NCBI GenBank assembly: GCA_030390025.1
Contig: CM059433.1
Coordinates: 18,726,001-18,790,000, forward strand
Length of the DNA: 64,000 nucleotides
From: Squalus acanthias
Lineage: Eukaryota
Direction of reading: 5' to 3'
Shown piece after piece: positions 63,476 through 64,000 of this stretch (its first letter is position 1; each line of letters starts with the position of its first letter). The position numbers and the translations under genes were made by a program. The notes below the pieces were generated by a model. The model saw only the letters and a program-made list of their open reading frames with translations. It did not search any database and was not told the origin of the DNA.

Positions 63476-63770
63476 GTGCAAGATATTTCAGATATCAAAA
63501 CGAATATTATCACAGTCCTGGAACAAATTATATCTACTTGAGACAGCAGAAATGCCTTCAAAAGAACCAACATAATTGAAAATTATATAAGAAATTGGAG
63601 GTATAATTCAATTACGTGAGTTTTTGAGGAACATTTATTCAGTTACTGCATATACTTATAATGATACTTGGAGGTGTTCATTTGCATTTTGATTGATGAC
63701 TCAAAACTTCTTAACAACCAAATGTTCTATAGCATTTTGGCTTCATAAATAAAATAATTTTAACGTGTAT
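63476..63770 (+). other. Possible terminal exon of an unidentified plus-strand gene
   Basis: Strong acceptor tattctattcatttaatttcag|G; short open frames ending in stops; AATAAA at 63748-63753 followed by a GT/T-rich tract. Confidence 0.35.
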
Positions 63771-64000
63771 TTTTGTGTTCTTTACCAAGAATGTTTCTTA
63801 AGGTATCATTGTGTCTTGATAGGTTAGACGTTGTCTTGGTTACCATAATTCTTGTTCTATTTTGATAGACTGTGCACCAGTCTATTTGAGTACATGAATG
63901 CTATTAGGCCTCAAAACTAATAATACCTTATCGCTCCATCAAACATCACCCTTCATTGGTTAGGTGTGGCATAATCTGCTTCTGGTTACGTAGAGTAATC

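Overview
Repeat-dense vertebrate genomic DNA, most likely from a cartilaginous fish. The inference rests on the mix of CR1, L2, RTE and Vingi LINEs, tRNA/L2-tailed SINEs, Penelope-like elements and PIF/Harbinger DNA transposons. Most of the window is transposon-derived, and most ORFs in the track are LINE fragments or their antisense shadows. A candidate, unidentified minus-strand host gene appears to start at about 46.75 kb, with small splice-bounded exons running off the left edge. A possible terminal exon of a plus-strand gene lies at about 63.5 kb. Main points of interest: (1) a ~740-bp Harbinger-type MITE family (4 copies) with a conserved NRF1/ETS-like module, a cluster of consensus 5' splice donors, a covarying hairpin and a CCAAT/E-box module; two copies sit in inverted orientation 58 bp apart; (2) two TSD-bounded Penelope-like insertions forming ~0.85-0.9 kb palindromes, each with mirror-image minimal hammerhead ribozymes; (3) two Harbinger-type elements inserted at the same nucleotide of separate Penelope hammerheads; (4) two decayed Harbinger elements with Myb/SANT remnants hosting nested LINEs; (5) a CR1 with an intact 983-aa ORF2 and a duplicated 3' end. 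All family assignments come from motif recognition by eye; no database search was run.
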